From positions 1,200,001-1,232,000 of the forward strand of contig NC_009033.1 of NCBI RefSeq assembly GCF_000015945.1: a stretch of DNA of 32,000 nucleotides, given 5' to 3'. A program made the position numbers and the translations under genes. This document shows, piece after piece, positions 9,742 through 19,412 of the stretch; position 1 is the first letter of the stretch; each line of letters opens with the position of its first letter. The stretch is from Staphylothermus marinus F1 (GTDB taxonomy: Archaea; Thermoproteota; Thermoprotei_A; Sulfolobales; Desulfurococcaceae). Below the pieces are notes generated by a model. It ran no database searches. It saw only the letters and a list, made by a program, of their open reading frames with translations, and was not told the DNA's origin.

Positions 9742-10659
9742 ATGGATGCTAGCATAAATAGTTCAGTTGAGGATCCACAGAAAAAATTAGATATGATCAG
9801 TAATGAAATCAGCTTAGTCAGAAACCAGATAAGAGAGTTAAAGAAAGAAAGAATAATATTAATTTCTGAGCTAAAAGATCTAAGAACTCATAGAAGAAAA
9901 TTAATAGATAGACTAAAAGAGCTTAGAGCTACTCTCAGAGAATACAATGATAAAAAGAAAAAGCTTATCGACGAAATACGCAAATACAGATCCGAGAAGC
10001 GAGAAAAGATCCAACAATTTAAGGAATTAATAAACCTTCTAAGAGAAAAAAGAGAACAACTACAGATCCTTGGCAAAGAAGTAAGACTGCCAATATCAGT
10101 TATTAGAAAGGAGATAGAAAGACTTGAGTGGATTCAGCAAACTAGGATTCTAAGCGTAGAAGAGGAAAATCAAATAATTAAAAAGATTCAGAGACTCGAA
10201 GAACTACTGGATAAAGCTCTTCAAATTAAAAAAGAAAAAAACGAATATTTAGAAATTCGTGCAATGATAACTAGTTTAAAACTTCAAATAAACGAGCTCA
10301 AAGATAAAATCAATAATATCAGTGAAAATATAAGTACTTTAGATGAGAAAATACGTTCTTTAAGGCAACAAATAGAAGAGCTTAATAAACAAGTAGAAGA
10401 TATTAATGAGGAGATCGCCAAGAGACAGGAAAGAGTAAATAGTTTATCTAAACAAATAAATGAACTAATAGAGAAATTAAACAATCTAAGAGAAGAATAT
10501 CAAAAAACAGTAAAGGAAATCGAGCATAGAAAGATCAAAGCGTTATTGATGGAAAAGCGTAAAAAAGTTATGGAAAAACTTAAGAAAGGAGAGAAAAGAT
10601 TAACGCTGGAGGAGCTTAAGGTATTATATAGTGATACAGATGAGTTCTTCGAAGAATAA
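9742..10659 (+). CDS. Long coiled-coil protein (archaeal COG1340-like)
   Basis: 305 aa that are almost entirely K/E/L/I-rich heptad-like sequence. Ends in an acidic-aromatic tail, SDTDEFFEE. Confidence 0.55.
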   Translation: MDASINSSVEDPQKKLDMISNEISLVRNQIRELKKERIILISELKDLRTHRRKLIDRLKELRATLREYNDKKKKLIDEIRKYRSEKREKIQQFKELINLLREKREQLQILGKEVRLPISVIRKEIERLEWIQQTRILSVEEENQIIKKIQRLEELLDKALQIKKEKNEYLEIRAMITSLKLQINELKDKINNISENISTLDEKIRSLRQQIEELNKQVEDINEEIAKRQERVNSLSKQINELIEKLNNLREEYQKTVKEIEHRKIKALLMEKRKKVMEKLKKGEKRLTLEELKVLYSDTDEFFEE

Positions 10660-11746
10660 GAAAATACTAGTACTCGTCATTGATATAGATAATGATATAG
10701 GAGACGCTGGTTTATCATCTCCAATAGTCGGATACGAGAAAGTATTAGATAGTGTAATTCGTTTTGCTACCATAAAGCCTCAAGACTCCGACGTTAACGC
10801 GATTTTTTCTGGTTTATCAATATATAGAAAACTAGTAAGAGAAGGTTATGACGCTGAAATAGCTGTTGTTTCAGGCGATAAACGTGATACTGTTAAAGCA
10901 TTTATGTTGATTAGTAACCAGCTATCTGCACTTAAAAAACAAATAGGTTTTACCCATATATACTTTGTTAGTGATGGAGCAAGTGATGAAAAAATTCTTC
11001 CGATAATATCAACTATTGCTCCAATAATAGGTGTTGAAAGAGTTATTGTTGAACAATCTAGAGGAATTGAAGAAACATATATTTTAATAGGACGATACAT
11101 TAAAAAAGCCCTAAGCGAACAACCTTATGCAAGAATATTTTTGGGTATTCCAGGATTATTGATGATCTCAATTGTTGTATTATCAATTATTGGATTATCA
11201 AAATATATACTTGACGCTATACTTCTCCTCACCGGATCATATTTCTTTATCAGAGGCTTCGGAATAATAGATTCTATAATAAGTTCCTGGAGAAAATCAC
11301 CAATTATAGGATTACTATATATGATCTCCGCAGGCTTTTTCTTATATGTATTCATTGTTCCCATCATTATAGTAATGACAACAGGATTTGTAATAGATGC
11401 ACTAGTTGTTGTTCTCGACGCTATACTACTTCCATTAATGATAGGTGTTCTCTTATTATTTGGTGGAAGAATATTTCATAAATTAACCGAAAAAGAAGCA
11501 CAAACCATGTGGAAAGAATCTGCGTTGCTAATACCCATTATATTATTCATTGTATTTTTAAACAGTTTTCTCAACCAACTGAGATCTCTTGGAAAAAATA
11601 TGTCGATGTCACAGGTTATTATGTTATTGAATAATAGTTTTCTTAAAATGCAATTGATTTTAATAGTTCTAGTATCTATTGGTGTAGCTATTTTCTTCAT
11701 AATATTTGATCTGTTATCAAAACATGAATTAGAACAACAATATTAG
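10640..11746 (+). CDS. Integral membrane protein with N-terminal soluble domain (DUF373-like)
   Basis: Soluble N-terminal domain of about 160 aa (KKILVLVIDIDNDIGDAG...) followed by several long hydrophobic segments. ATG 10640 overlaps the coiled-coil gene by 20 nt. Confidence 0.55.
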   Translation: MSSSKNKKILVLVIDIDNDIGDAGLSSPIVGYEKVLDSVIRFATIKPQDSDVNAIFSGLSIYRKLVREGYDAEIAVVSGDKRDTVKAFMLISNQLSALKKQIGFTHIYFVSDGASDEKILPIISTIAPIIGVERVIVEQSRGIEETYILIGRYIKKALSEQPYARIFLGIPGLLMISIVVLSIIGLSKYILDAILLLTGSYFFIRGFGIIDSIISSWRKSPIIGLLYMISAGFFLYVFIVPIIIVMTTGFVIDALVVVLDAILLPLMIGVLLLFGGRIFHKLTEKEAQTMWKESALLIPIILFIVFLNSFLNQLRSLGKNMSMSQVIMLLNNSFLKMQLILIVLVSIGVAIFFIIFDLLSKHELEQQY

Positions 11747-12561
11747 CGGCCGTACCTTCTTTCTCTACGCTGATAGCTTCTAATAGCTCTCCAAAAATCA
11801 ATTTTTCTAAATTCCGGCCAGTATGCCTCACAGAAATATAATTCACTATAAGCAGATTGCCATAATAGGAAGTTGCTTATTCTGACTTCTCCGCTTGTCC
11901 TAATTATGAGGTCGGGATCGGGGCACCCGTTCGTATATAAATATCTCGAAAAGGTTTCCTCATTGATACTTTCAGGGTTTATTTTTCCGGATTGTGCATC
12001 TTTTACTATTTTTCTCACAGCATCAAGGATTTCTTGTCTCCCACCATAACATAGTGCAATATTTAATCTATATTCTCTATAATCCTTAGTTTGTTCCTCT
12101 ATTTTCTTGGCAAGTTCAACTATATCCTTAGGAACTAGTTCGAGTCTACCGAAAACCTTGACCTGAATTTTTTTCTCGTGTATATCAGGCATATTCATTA
12201 GTTCTTGTAGTCCTTTCTTAACTATGTTAAACAAGTGTTCTCTTTCATCTAATGGTCTATATAGGCAGTTCTCACTTGACATAGCATAAACTGTCACGTA
12301 TCGTATGTTTAATTCCCATATCCATTTTAAAACTTCTTTTATTCTCTGATATCCATATTCATGTCCTTGTTTAGGATCAAAACCTGATCTTTTAGCCCAT
12401 CTCCTATTTCCATCAGGTATTATGCCTATATGGACAGGGAAAGGTCCGTTTTTTATTTGGAGCCAAAGCATTTTCTCATATATTTTGTAAATAGGTCTCA
12501 TTAAAAATTTGCTAACACTAAATAAGCCTTTATTTATTCTCATTCTATCCATAAGAACCAC
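11743..12561 (-). CDS. uppS: cis-prenyltransferase (undecaprenyl diphosphate synthase family)
   Basis: IIPDGNRRWA and IRTSGEVRISNFLLWQSAYSELYF motifs. Its stop overlaps the convergent DUF373-like gene by 4 nt. Confidence 0.9.
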   Translation of the reverse strand: MVLMDRMRINKGLFSVSKFLMRPIYKIYEKMLWLQIKNGPFPVHIGIIPDGNRRWAKRSGFDPKQGHEYGYQRIKEVLKWIWELNIRYVTVYAMSSENCLYRPLDEREHLFNIVKKGLQELMNMPDIHEKKIQVKVFGRLELVPKDIVELAKKIEEQTKDYREYRLNIALCYGGRQEILDAVRKIVKDAQSGKINPESINEETFSRYLYTNGCPDPDLIIRTSGEVRISNFLLWQSAYSELYFCEAYWPEFRKIDFWRAIRSYQRRERRYGR

Positions 12562-12640
12562 TTTGCTAATGTAATTTTATCTTTTTCAATACTTACATAT
12601 CTTAATAGATTTATAAATGTTGTAAAGATGGGTGTTTATT

Positions 12641-13219
12641 ATGATGAAAGCAGTGATTGGATCTAGGAATAAAGCAAAAATAAACGGAGCACGTAAGGCT
12701 CTAGCTCTTCTAGGAATAGATTATGACAATATAGTCTCGATAGATGTTAACACACCTTTTCCTCAACCTATAGGTTTTAATGAAATCTTACTAGGAGCCA
12801 TGATTAGGGCTTGGAGAGCTTATCAGTATATTAATGATGGATACGGAGTAGGTATTGAAGCAGGAGTAATAAGACTTGGAGATTACATGTTATCGGGCCA
12901 AGTAGCTGTCGTAGTTGATGGTAAGCACTATAGTCTTGGAACTAGTGGATTCTTTTCCTTACCCGAGAACATCTCGGATCAAATTCTAAAACGTATGGAG
13001 TTAAAAAACGTAATGCGAAGGATTACAGGTGTTAAGGAAATAAGTGAAACAATAGGTGCAATAGGGTATCTTTCCAACGGATTCATAACTAGAGGGGACT
13101 TATCATTTGAAGCAGTATTGAATGCAATACTTCCCTGGATCAACAAAGACCTTAATTATGGGCTAAAACCAATTGAGTACTTATGGGAAACTTTAAAAAA
13201 AGCAAATATTAATCCATAA
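12641..13219 (+). CDS. Non-canonical purine NTP phosphatase (inosine/xanthosine triphosphatase, YjjX-like)
   Basis: N-terminal VIGSRNKAKINGARKA and central GIEAGV pattern, with size characteristic of the family. ATG 12641 follows GGGTG. Confidence 0.65.
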   Translation: MMKAVIGSRNKAKINGARKALALLGIDYDNIVSIDVNTPFPQPIGFNEILLGAMIRAWRAYQYINDGYGVGIEAGVIRLGDYMLSGQVAVVVDGKHYSLGTSGFFSLPENISDQILKRMELKNVMRRITGVKEISETIGAIGYLSNGFITRGDLSFEAVLNAILPWINKDLNYGLKPIEYLWETLKKANINP

Positions 13220-13261
13220 ATATCCATAGCTAATAGAGAAGCCCATATGTGGTGACAAGTT

Positions 13262-13648
13262 GTGGCTTGGTATCAAGGTAATGATTTAAGAAAACCTACC
13301 GGCGGAAAGAAAACAAGGCATAGAAAGAAAAGAAAACATGAACTTGGAAGACCGCCTACCATGACGAGATTCTCAGTTAAGGAAGCACAAAAAATAATAA
13401 GGGTTCGTGGAGGAAATCTTAAGATCAGATTAAAGAGAGCTGTATATGTAAATGTTGCTGTTCCGAATGAAGGAAAAGTAACGAAAACAAGAATATTAGA
13501 AGTTGTAGAAACTCCATCTAATCCACAATATGCTAGAGGAAACTATATTACTAAAGGAACAATTGTAAGGACAGAGTTAGGACTAGTAAAGATAACGTCT
13601 AGACCGGGACAAGATGGAGTATTAAATGGTATACTATTAGAGAAATAA
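13262..13648 (+). CDS. rps8e: 30S ribosomal protein S8e
   Basis: QGNDLRKPTGGKKTRHRKKRKHELGRPP N-terminus. GTG start 6 nt after GGTGA (13251-13255). Confidence 0.9.
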   Translation: MAWYQGNDLRKPTGGKKTRHRKKRKHELGRPPTMTRFSVKEAQKIIRVRGGNLKIRLKRAVYVNVAVPNEGKVTKTRILEVVETPSNPQYARGNYITKGTIVRTELGLVKITSRPGQDGVLNGILLEK

Positions 13649-13716
13649 TGATAATTTATGGTAATATTGAGAAAAACCCTGGCCTATAGGCGATTATTAA
13701 TAAGACTGGTGATCTT

Positions 13717-14004
13717 TTGAGCCGAGATTATAAAGGGAAAAAAATAGTGATATATCCTCAATACATAGATTCAAGCATACCTCGTAGTCGAGGGCGTAGA
13801 ATTCCTAGAAATATAGCAATACCTAAACCTAGAATAGAGGAAATAATTGAAGCAGCAGAGGAACTCGGCTTAAACCCTAAATACGAAGAATCAGCGTATC
13901 CAAAACATTGGTGGATAAAGGGACGTATAGTTGTTGATAAGGTTGGTTCTAAACTGAATACTCTAAAACTTATTGCACAAAAGATCAAAGATCTAAGAAA
14001 GTAA
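13717..14004 (+). CDS. srp19: Signal recognition particle protein SRP19
   Basis: IYPQYIDSSIPRSRGRRIP motif and 95-aa size. TTG start after GGTGA (13708-13712). Confidence 0.85.
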   Translation: MSRDYKGKKIVIYPQYIDSSIPRSRGRRIPRNIAIPKPRIEEIIEAAEELGLNPKYEESAYPKHWWIKGRIVVDKVGSKLNTLKLIAQKIKDLRK

Positions 14005-14168
14005 TAATTATAGTAATACCATTTTATTTAAATAATCAATGAAATTTTACAATAATACTATTAAAACTATACCAGCTTATACCATGAGCCCTTAAGTTTA
14101 ACTATACTTTTAAAGAAAGTAGATAAAAATGGTAATACCCCTCCCCCATACTTTTAAATGGTGAAATT

Positions 14169-14510
14169 ATGAAAAAGCTTGGAGAAATAGTTACTAAGAC
14201 AAAGGATAATTTGTTAATAGTGAAAAGCTATGTGAAAGACCCACGTAGATTAGTTGGTGCACTAGTTTATGATAGCTCTCTTAGAAGAATAGGACGTATT
14301 GTTGATGTTATTGGAAGAGTTGATCAACCACATGTTGTTGTAAAACCCGAAAGTAAGGAAATACTCGATTTCATAGATTTAGGTATTACGTACTATTATG
14401 TTAAAGAAAGGAAGAGATCTTCTAGACAAACAAGGGGTAAGGGTAAGAAAAAACGGGGCGGAAAATCTAGTAGGAGGGGGAGGGGTAGAGGAGCTCGTAG
14501 AGGGGTTTAA
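14169..14510 (+). CDS. gar1: H/ACA ribonucleoprotein complex subunit Gar1, with Arg/Gly-rich C-terminal tail
   Basis: Core LGEIVTKTKDNLLIVKS...IGRIVDVIGRVDQPHVVVKP. Tail RGKGKKKRGGKSSRRGRGRGARRGV. Confidence 0.85.
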   Translation: MKKLGEIVTKTKDNLLIVKSYVKDPRRLVGALVYDSSLRRIGRIVDVIGRVDQPHVVVKPESKEILDFIDLGITYYYVKERKRSSRQTRGKGKKKRGGKSSRRGRGRGARRGV

Positions 14511-14512
14511 TA

Positions 14513-15397
14513 TTGAAGTATGAACATAATCAACTAGTTTGCCCATATTGTGGAAGCCACTCGGTTATTTTTGATTATGAAACAAATGAATATGTTTGTA
14601 CACGATGCGGTGCTGTAATAGAAGATCATCTAATAGATCATGGTTTCGAGCATAGATACATTGATAATTTTGAAAATGCTAGAACAAGTGGTTCATATAC
14701 TTTTAGAGTTCATGACTCTGGAATAGGTAGTACAGAATTCAAAGCTAGATACGCAGGTAAATGGTTAAATATGAGCAGGCTCCAGAAGAAAATCAGAGTA
14801 GAGAAAAGGAATAAGATAGTTGAAAAAGCTCTCCGTCACCTAAACAATTATATTAGAATACTTAATCCACCTAAATATGTTTCAGAAACTGCAGGCTTGA
14901 TCCTACAGAAATCTGTTGAGGGTAAAAACTATAAAGATAAGACATTGAAGCTATTAGCAATAGCCTCTCTTTATATAGCTTATAAAGTTCATGGAATACC
15001 TAAATCAGCTAAGATGTTTGCTAAAGAGCTAGGGATCACTCTAAAAGATTTATGGCGTGCTGAAAAAAAGATACATGATAATGTTAAAGACATTAACAAA
15101 ATGATAAAGAAAGATGAACCAGAAAACTATGTCCCCTATATAGTTAATAGATTATCATTATCGGAACGAGTCCAGTATCTTGCTAATTACATTATACAAT
15201 TATCCAAAAAAGCTGGATTAAACAATGGAAAAAGCTCGGTCGGGCTAGCGACTGCTGCAGTATATATTGCATCAATTCTCCTTAACGAAAAAAGAACACA
15301 AATAGATGTTGCCAAAACAGTAAATGTAACAGATGTTACTATTAGGAATAGATATAGTGATATAGTTAGATCCTTTGATATAACTATAAGTATATAG
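14513..15397 (+). CDS. tfb: Transcription initiation factor IIB (TFB), divergent B-reader region
   Basis: Zn ribbon CPYCG-x15-CTRCG. Two cyclin-like repeats (LLAIASLYIAYK and GLATAAVYIASIL). C-terminal RTQIDVAKTVNVTDVTIRNRY. TTG start 2 nt after the gar1 stop. Confidence 0.8.
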   Translation: MKYEHNQLVCPYCGSHSVIFDYETNEYVCTRCGAVIEDHLIDHGFEHRYIDNFENARTSGSYTFRVHDSGIGSTEFKARYAGKWLNMSRLQKKIRVEKRNKIVEKALRHLNNYIRILNPPKYVSETAGLILQKSVEGKNYKDKTLKLLAIASLYIAYKVHGIPKSAKMFAKELGITLKDLWRAEKKIHDNVKDINKMIKKDEPENYVPYIVNRLSLSERVQYLANYIIQLSKKAGLNNGKSSVGLATAAVYIASILLNEKRTQIDVAKTVNVTDVTIRNRYSDIVRSFDITISI

Positions 15398-15548
15398 ATT
15401 TTTTCCCATATACTTCCCATTTCTACTAAACAATGTAAAGACAAAAAATATAATGTATACTGCTTAAATCATTAATGGTAAAAAATAATGCTATATCCAG
15501 ATCGAACTATCATCGCTGGTAAGAGCTGATCAAGGAGGATAAATCAAT

Positions 15549-15971
15549 ATGCCGCGAAGACTAAGCGAGCTAGATAAGAAGATATACAAGTATGCATTAA
15601 AGTTTGGTAAAAAAGGCATACCACAAAATGTTTTATGGAAAGAACTAGGTATAACTAGTAGAGACGCTTCTCGTTCATTGAAAAAGCTCGAAGAACTAGG
15701 ATTTGTTGAGAGAATACCAATAGTTCATAATGGTAGAAAGACTTTCCGAATTATAGCTATACCTAAACCTATTGAGGAATTTGAAGAGAAAAAGGAGAAG
15801 ATTATTGAGAAACCGCTTCTCGATATTAGAAAGTTTCTAGATATACCATGTCTTTCATGTCCTTACATAGATAAGTGTTATGAAGGAGGATACTATGATC
15901 CAGTAATATGTGACTGGTTAACTGAATGGTTAGAGAAGGAGATAGCTAAACGTAGGGCTAGGAAGAAATAA
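15549..15971 (+). CDS. Winged-helix DNA-binding protein with C-terminal Cys-rich segment
   Basis: The wHTH-like pattern is IPQNVLWKELGITSRDASRSLKKLEELGFVERIPIVHNGRKTF. The C-terminal segment is CLSCPYIDKC...C. No specific family recognised. Confidence 0.5.
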   Translation: MPRRLSELDKKIYKYALKFGKKGIPQNVLWKELGITSRDASRSLKKLEELGFVERIPIVHNGRKTFRIIAIPKPIEEFEEKKEKIIEKPLLDIRKFLDIPCLSCPYIDKCYEGGYYDPVICDWLTEWLEKEIAKRRARKK

Positions 15972-17133
15972 GTCTGTGTAGGTCTCTTATATCTGCATTC
16001 GTCCTTATCCCTCTTGGATCGAAATGTGTTCTATAAGCTAGGTATCCTAATTCACGGATCTTTTCTATAAAATCATTAATTGGAGGCTGATTTTTCTTAT
16101 GCAAGCCGAATAGTTTATCATATCGTATATATGGTTTATTTATTGTAATGTCTGGTTCTATTTTGTTTAATAACTCTATAGTTTCTTTACTTAGAAATGA
16201 CATGTTATTTATATTAGAGATCATTTTTTGAAGAAATATTTTGTTGCCTAATTCACATATCCATAAAGGACCGATAATTTCTGGTTTCTCATTGTTAGAG
16301 CATATTATATTGTCAATAGGTTCTTTTGTGAAGCCTCTCTCTAACGTTGATCTACAATACCATAGATAGCCTCTACACTTATCTATTATTTCATATGATT
16401 TTCTACCTGTTCTCTCTGCTTGAAAAATCGCTCTATAATAGTGTTTATGACTATAGCTTATCAACGGATATAATGCTACATCGAGGCTTGCCGCTCTAAA
16501 TACTATATTATATAATAATATTCTAAGCCCTAATTCACGTGAGAAATCTGTTTTTATGCATCTAATACCATATCTTCTTAAAGCTTTGTTTTTATGACTA
16601 CAATTAAGCGGACCTGTATCAGTAGCGGTAATGCCTAAAAGAGATTTCTTTCCCAAAGGTTTAACTGCGGAATCAATAAATGGTATGGGAGATCCGTAAG
16701 GATCTATATCTATATAATCTATGGATAACCCTGAAAAAGTTAAACTGTTAAGTAAGGCATTAGCTTCATGTAAACAAGGAAAGACTTTATCCATAACTTT
16801 ATTCAAGATTATATTTCGCCTAATATAGTAGTAGGATATAGGATCTACATCATTGATTATACCTGTACCATTAGTTTCTAAAGCTAATCTTAATCCTCTT
16901 ACACCGGTTCCACCGAGAGGTTCTACAAAATAATATTCTTTTCCTTTAAAATAGGAGAAAGTTACAAGAGAAGCTATGTCTCTATTAACACGCATTATTG
17001 GATTATAGAAAACAGGTGACCAAGCAGGCTCATATGTGCCATCAGGCCTTTTAAACAGTTCTCTATTTGGAATAACTATTTTTACGGCTCCTTCAAATAT
17101 TATTTCTTCCCAAGAAAAGATATCTAAGCTCAA
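15958..17133 (-). CDS. trm1: tRNA (guanine(26)-N2)-dimethyltransferase
   Basis: FYNPIMRVNRDIASLV, EPLGGTGVRGLRLALE and DIDPYGSPIPFIDSAV motifs. TTG start 6 nt after GGTG. Confidence 0.85.
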   Translation of the reverse strand: MSLDIFSWEEIIFEGAVKIVIPNRELFKRPDGTYEPAWSPVFYNPIMRVNRDIASLVTFSYFKGKEYYFVEPLGGTGVRGLRLALETNGTGIINDVDPISYYYIRRNIILNKVMDKVFPCLHEANALLNSLTFSGLSIDYIDIDPYGSPIPFIDSAVKPLGKKSLLGITATDTGPLNCSHKNKALRRYGIRCIKTDFSRELGLRILLYNIVFRAASLDVALYPLISYSHKHYYRAIFQAERTGRKSYEIIDKCRGYLWYCRSTLERGFTKEPIDNIICSNNEKPEIIGPLWICELGNKIFLQKMISNINNMSFLSKETIELLNKIEPDITINKPYIRYDKLFGLHKKNQPPINDFIEKIRELGYLAYRTHFDPRGIRTNADIRDLHRLISS

Positions 17134-17155
17134 TATTTACACCGCACAGAATTAT

Positions 17156-17710
17156 TTATTTTTTAATAATTTGTTTGATTTCCATGACAATTTTCTGAGG
17201 AAGCACTTTATTTAATAAATCCCTGTTATGTTCTGTTAAAACATATTTTTCATTTTCTACCCTATAGATCTTGTCAAGAATTGAAGGGTCACGTAGTCTA
17301 TAATGTATAACTAATATTTTTGGCTTATCAGAGTTGAGAACTTGTTCAAGCATAGTTCTGAAAACATGTATTTTAAGCTCCATTGGTCCTATTTCATCTA
17401 TTCCAATAACGTCTGCTTTTTCCAATGCTTTTCTAAGTGCTTCTCTTATGATTCGACTGGATTCATCCAATACTATTCCATATTTACCTACTTTAATTGT
17501 CGAGTAATAATTTCTTTTAGCTAACCATCCTTCCTCATTGCTCATTAAATCAATTATTTTAAAACCTATTCTAAAACCCTTAGAGTCCCTGACTTCGGGA
17601 CTTTTTATTCCTCCAACAATTATACCTGACTTTCTAAGAGTATTAATTATATTGTTAAAAAGCGTGGATTTGCCTATGCCAGGCCTACCTGTTATAATAT
17701 AATTTTTCAT
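17156..17710 (-). CDS. Nucleoside-triphosphatase, THEP1-type P-loop NTPase
   Basis: Walker [10 protein letters not shown], Walker [12 protein letters not shown], 184-aa size. Confidence 0.75.
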
Positions 17711-17724
17711 AATAATCTATCCCG

Positions 17725-18615
17725 TTAAAATAGGGTTTCTTCTAGATATTTCTTTATTTCCTTTACATCGTCTATGTTGCGAATAATTATTTCTTTCGAT
17801 CCAGTTATCCTAGCTATTCTTGTGGCTTCTTCAACTTTTACTCTTATTTTTTCAGGGTCTTTCCTATAGTTAATTATGGATATTGGGTTTCTGGCTCCTT
17901 TTAATACATAATCGATGGGTGTTCTCAATAGCTTGTACAGTTTTAATCCTCTAAGACTACATGCTCTATATAGTAGTTCTTCTATTTTATTTCTAGGAGA
18001 AAATTCTTCTTTAACCTCTATCTTCTCGGGTTTGAACAGGTCAACGGGCTTGAAAACATCTATTCCCATAATTTCAGCTATTTTTATAGCGGTATTTATT
18101 GTTACACCTATTTTACCATGTTCGTAATTATAGATGGCTTTACGTGTTACACCTATTTTATCGGCTAGCTCGCCTAAGCTTAGGCCTAGTTCTATTCGTT
18201 TTTCCCGGAATTTCTCCGGGTTTATTCTTACCAAATAGTTTCCTTGAGCCTCATATACTAGTGGTTTTTCGTTTTTGATAACGTATTTTTCCAGTAATTC
18301 CTCGTTGACAACATTTATACCTTTTCTCTTATATACTACTTCTGGATCCATTTCCTTCTTTCTATATTTTCTAGAAACTACTATTGAGGATGCATTGTAT
18401 GCTTGTGATGCTTTTTTTAAATCACTCACTTCTATATCGGATATGTGTGTTGCATCAACGGTTACTTTGATCATGATGCGGGAGTTATTGTATAAACCTA
18501 TAACATCTATTGATCGCTTATTTTCCGGATAATTTATATTTTCAACTACGAAACCGGCTTTCTTCAAATTCCTCAAAATATTATCAAGAATTTCTTCAAG
18601 CACTTTCTTCTGCAT
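17725..18615 (-). CDS. XRE-type HTH protein (archaeal COG1395-like putative regulator)
   Basis: Central HTH LGLSLGELADKIGVTRKAIYNYEHGK. Start moved to ATG 18615 (MQKKVLEEIL...). Confidence 0.6.
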   Translation of the reverse strand: MQKKVLEEILDNILRNLKKAGFVVENINYPENKRSIDVIGLYNNSRIMIKVTVDATHISDIEVSDLKKASQAYNASSIVVSRKYRKKEMDPEVVYKRKGINVVNEELLEKYVIKNEKPLVYEAQGNYLVRINPEKFREKRIELGLSLGELADKIGVTRKAIYNYEHGKIGVTINTAIKIAEIMGIDVFKPVDLFKPEKIEVKEEFSPRNKIEELLYRACSLRGLKLYKLLRTPIDYVLKGARNPISIINYRKDPEKIRVKVEEATRIARITGSKEIIIRNIDDVKEIKKYLEETLF

Positions 18616-18687
18616 ATTTACAGATCCCCTTTTAAATACAAGGCAGGATTCTCTATTTAAAAAAGTATTTAAAACCATTTAATAGTT

Positions 18688-19392
18688 TTATTTCCGCTTA
18701 TATCTTGCATATACCATTGCATGGTCTTTATCATATGGTTCCAGGTGAACTACGTCTATTATTTCGAATCCGCGTTCTTTTAAGGTGTTTATTTCTCTCC
18801 TATATATCTCGCTAGGTTCTTTCGTTACATCTATGCTTCTAGCTTTTATAGCCAACAATAAGTACCCGTTATCTTTAAGGAAGTAGTCGGCATTATCAGC
18901 TACTATAGCGGCTTGTTCTGGTTGTGCAATATCTGCATATATTCCATCAACCATTTCTACTAGGTGTCTGTATTCCTTTGGTTTTCTAGCGTCGCCTAGT
19001 ATGGGATATAAGTTTTTACGAATATCTGCAACTAGGACAAATTCTCTCATAACACGAGGTGCAAACTCTACACTAAATATTCTACCGGTTGGACCTACAA
19101 TATCTGAGATATGGCTTGCAGTTGTTCCTGTCGCCACACCTAGGTAGAGAATTGAATGTCCTTCACGGATTGGTTGTTCAGCTAATCCGTTGGCAAGTGC
19201 CCCTGCTAATTTGCTTCTGTAAAGATTCCATTCACGATATTCTTCTCCACCCCATCTATAGAGTCTTTCCCCATAAACTCTATGTCCTGGGACCAAGTTT
19301 TTGGTTGCAAGCTTAACGCTTCCATCCTCTAATTCAACAATGTATACTCCATAGTATTTCTCGTGAGGCTTAATATTTACTACTTGAGACAT
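18688..19392 (-). CDS. flpA: Fibrillarin-like rRNA/tRNA 2'-O-methyltransferase
   Basis: [22 protein letters not shown] motif with full-length fibrillarin similarity. GGAGGTGA lies 6 nt upstream of the ATG. Confidence 0.95.
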   Translation of the reverse strand: MSQVVNIKPHEKYYGVYIVELEDGSVKLATKNLVPGHRVYGERLYRWGGEEYREWNLYRSKLAGALANGLAEQPIREGHSILYLGVATGTTASHISDIVGPTGRIFSVEFAPRVMREFVLVADIRKNLYPILGDARKPKEYRHLVEMVDGIYADIAQPEQAAIVADNADYFLKDNGYLLLAIKARSIDVTKEPSEIYRREINTLKERGFEIIDVVHLEPYDKDHAMVYARYKRK

Positions 19393-19412
19393 ACATTTTC
19401 ACCTCCTAAAAC

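Noticed and set aside
13682-13691. Perfect 10-bp palindrome GCCTATAGGC between rps8e and srp19.
   Set aside because: As RNA it would give only a 3-bp stem. It is a single occurrence with no partner site, which is insufficient to call a terminator or operator.
15398-15548. Possible C/D sRNA in the tfb-wHTH intergenic region (ATGATA and ATGATT on the minus strand, CTGA on the plus strand).
   Set aside because: The boxes are on different strands or degenerate. No arrangement has 10-12-nt guides between C/D' and C'/D.
17145-17160. Exact 16-mer CACAGAATTATTTATT, repeated at 20965-20980.
   Set aside because: It is an AT-rich word in an AT-rich 32-kb window. A few chance 16-mer matches are expected, and there is no extended similarity on either side.
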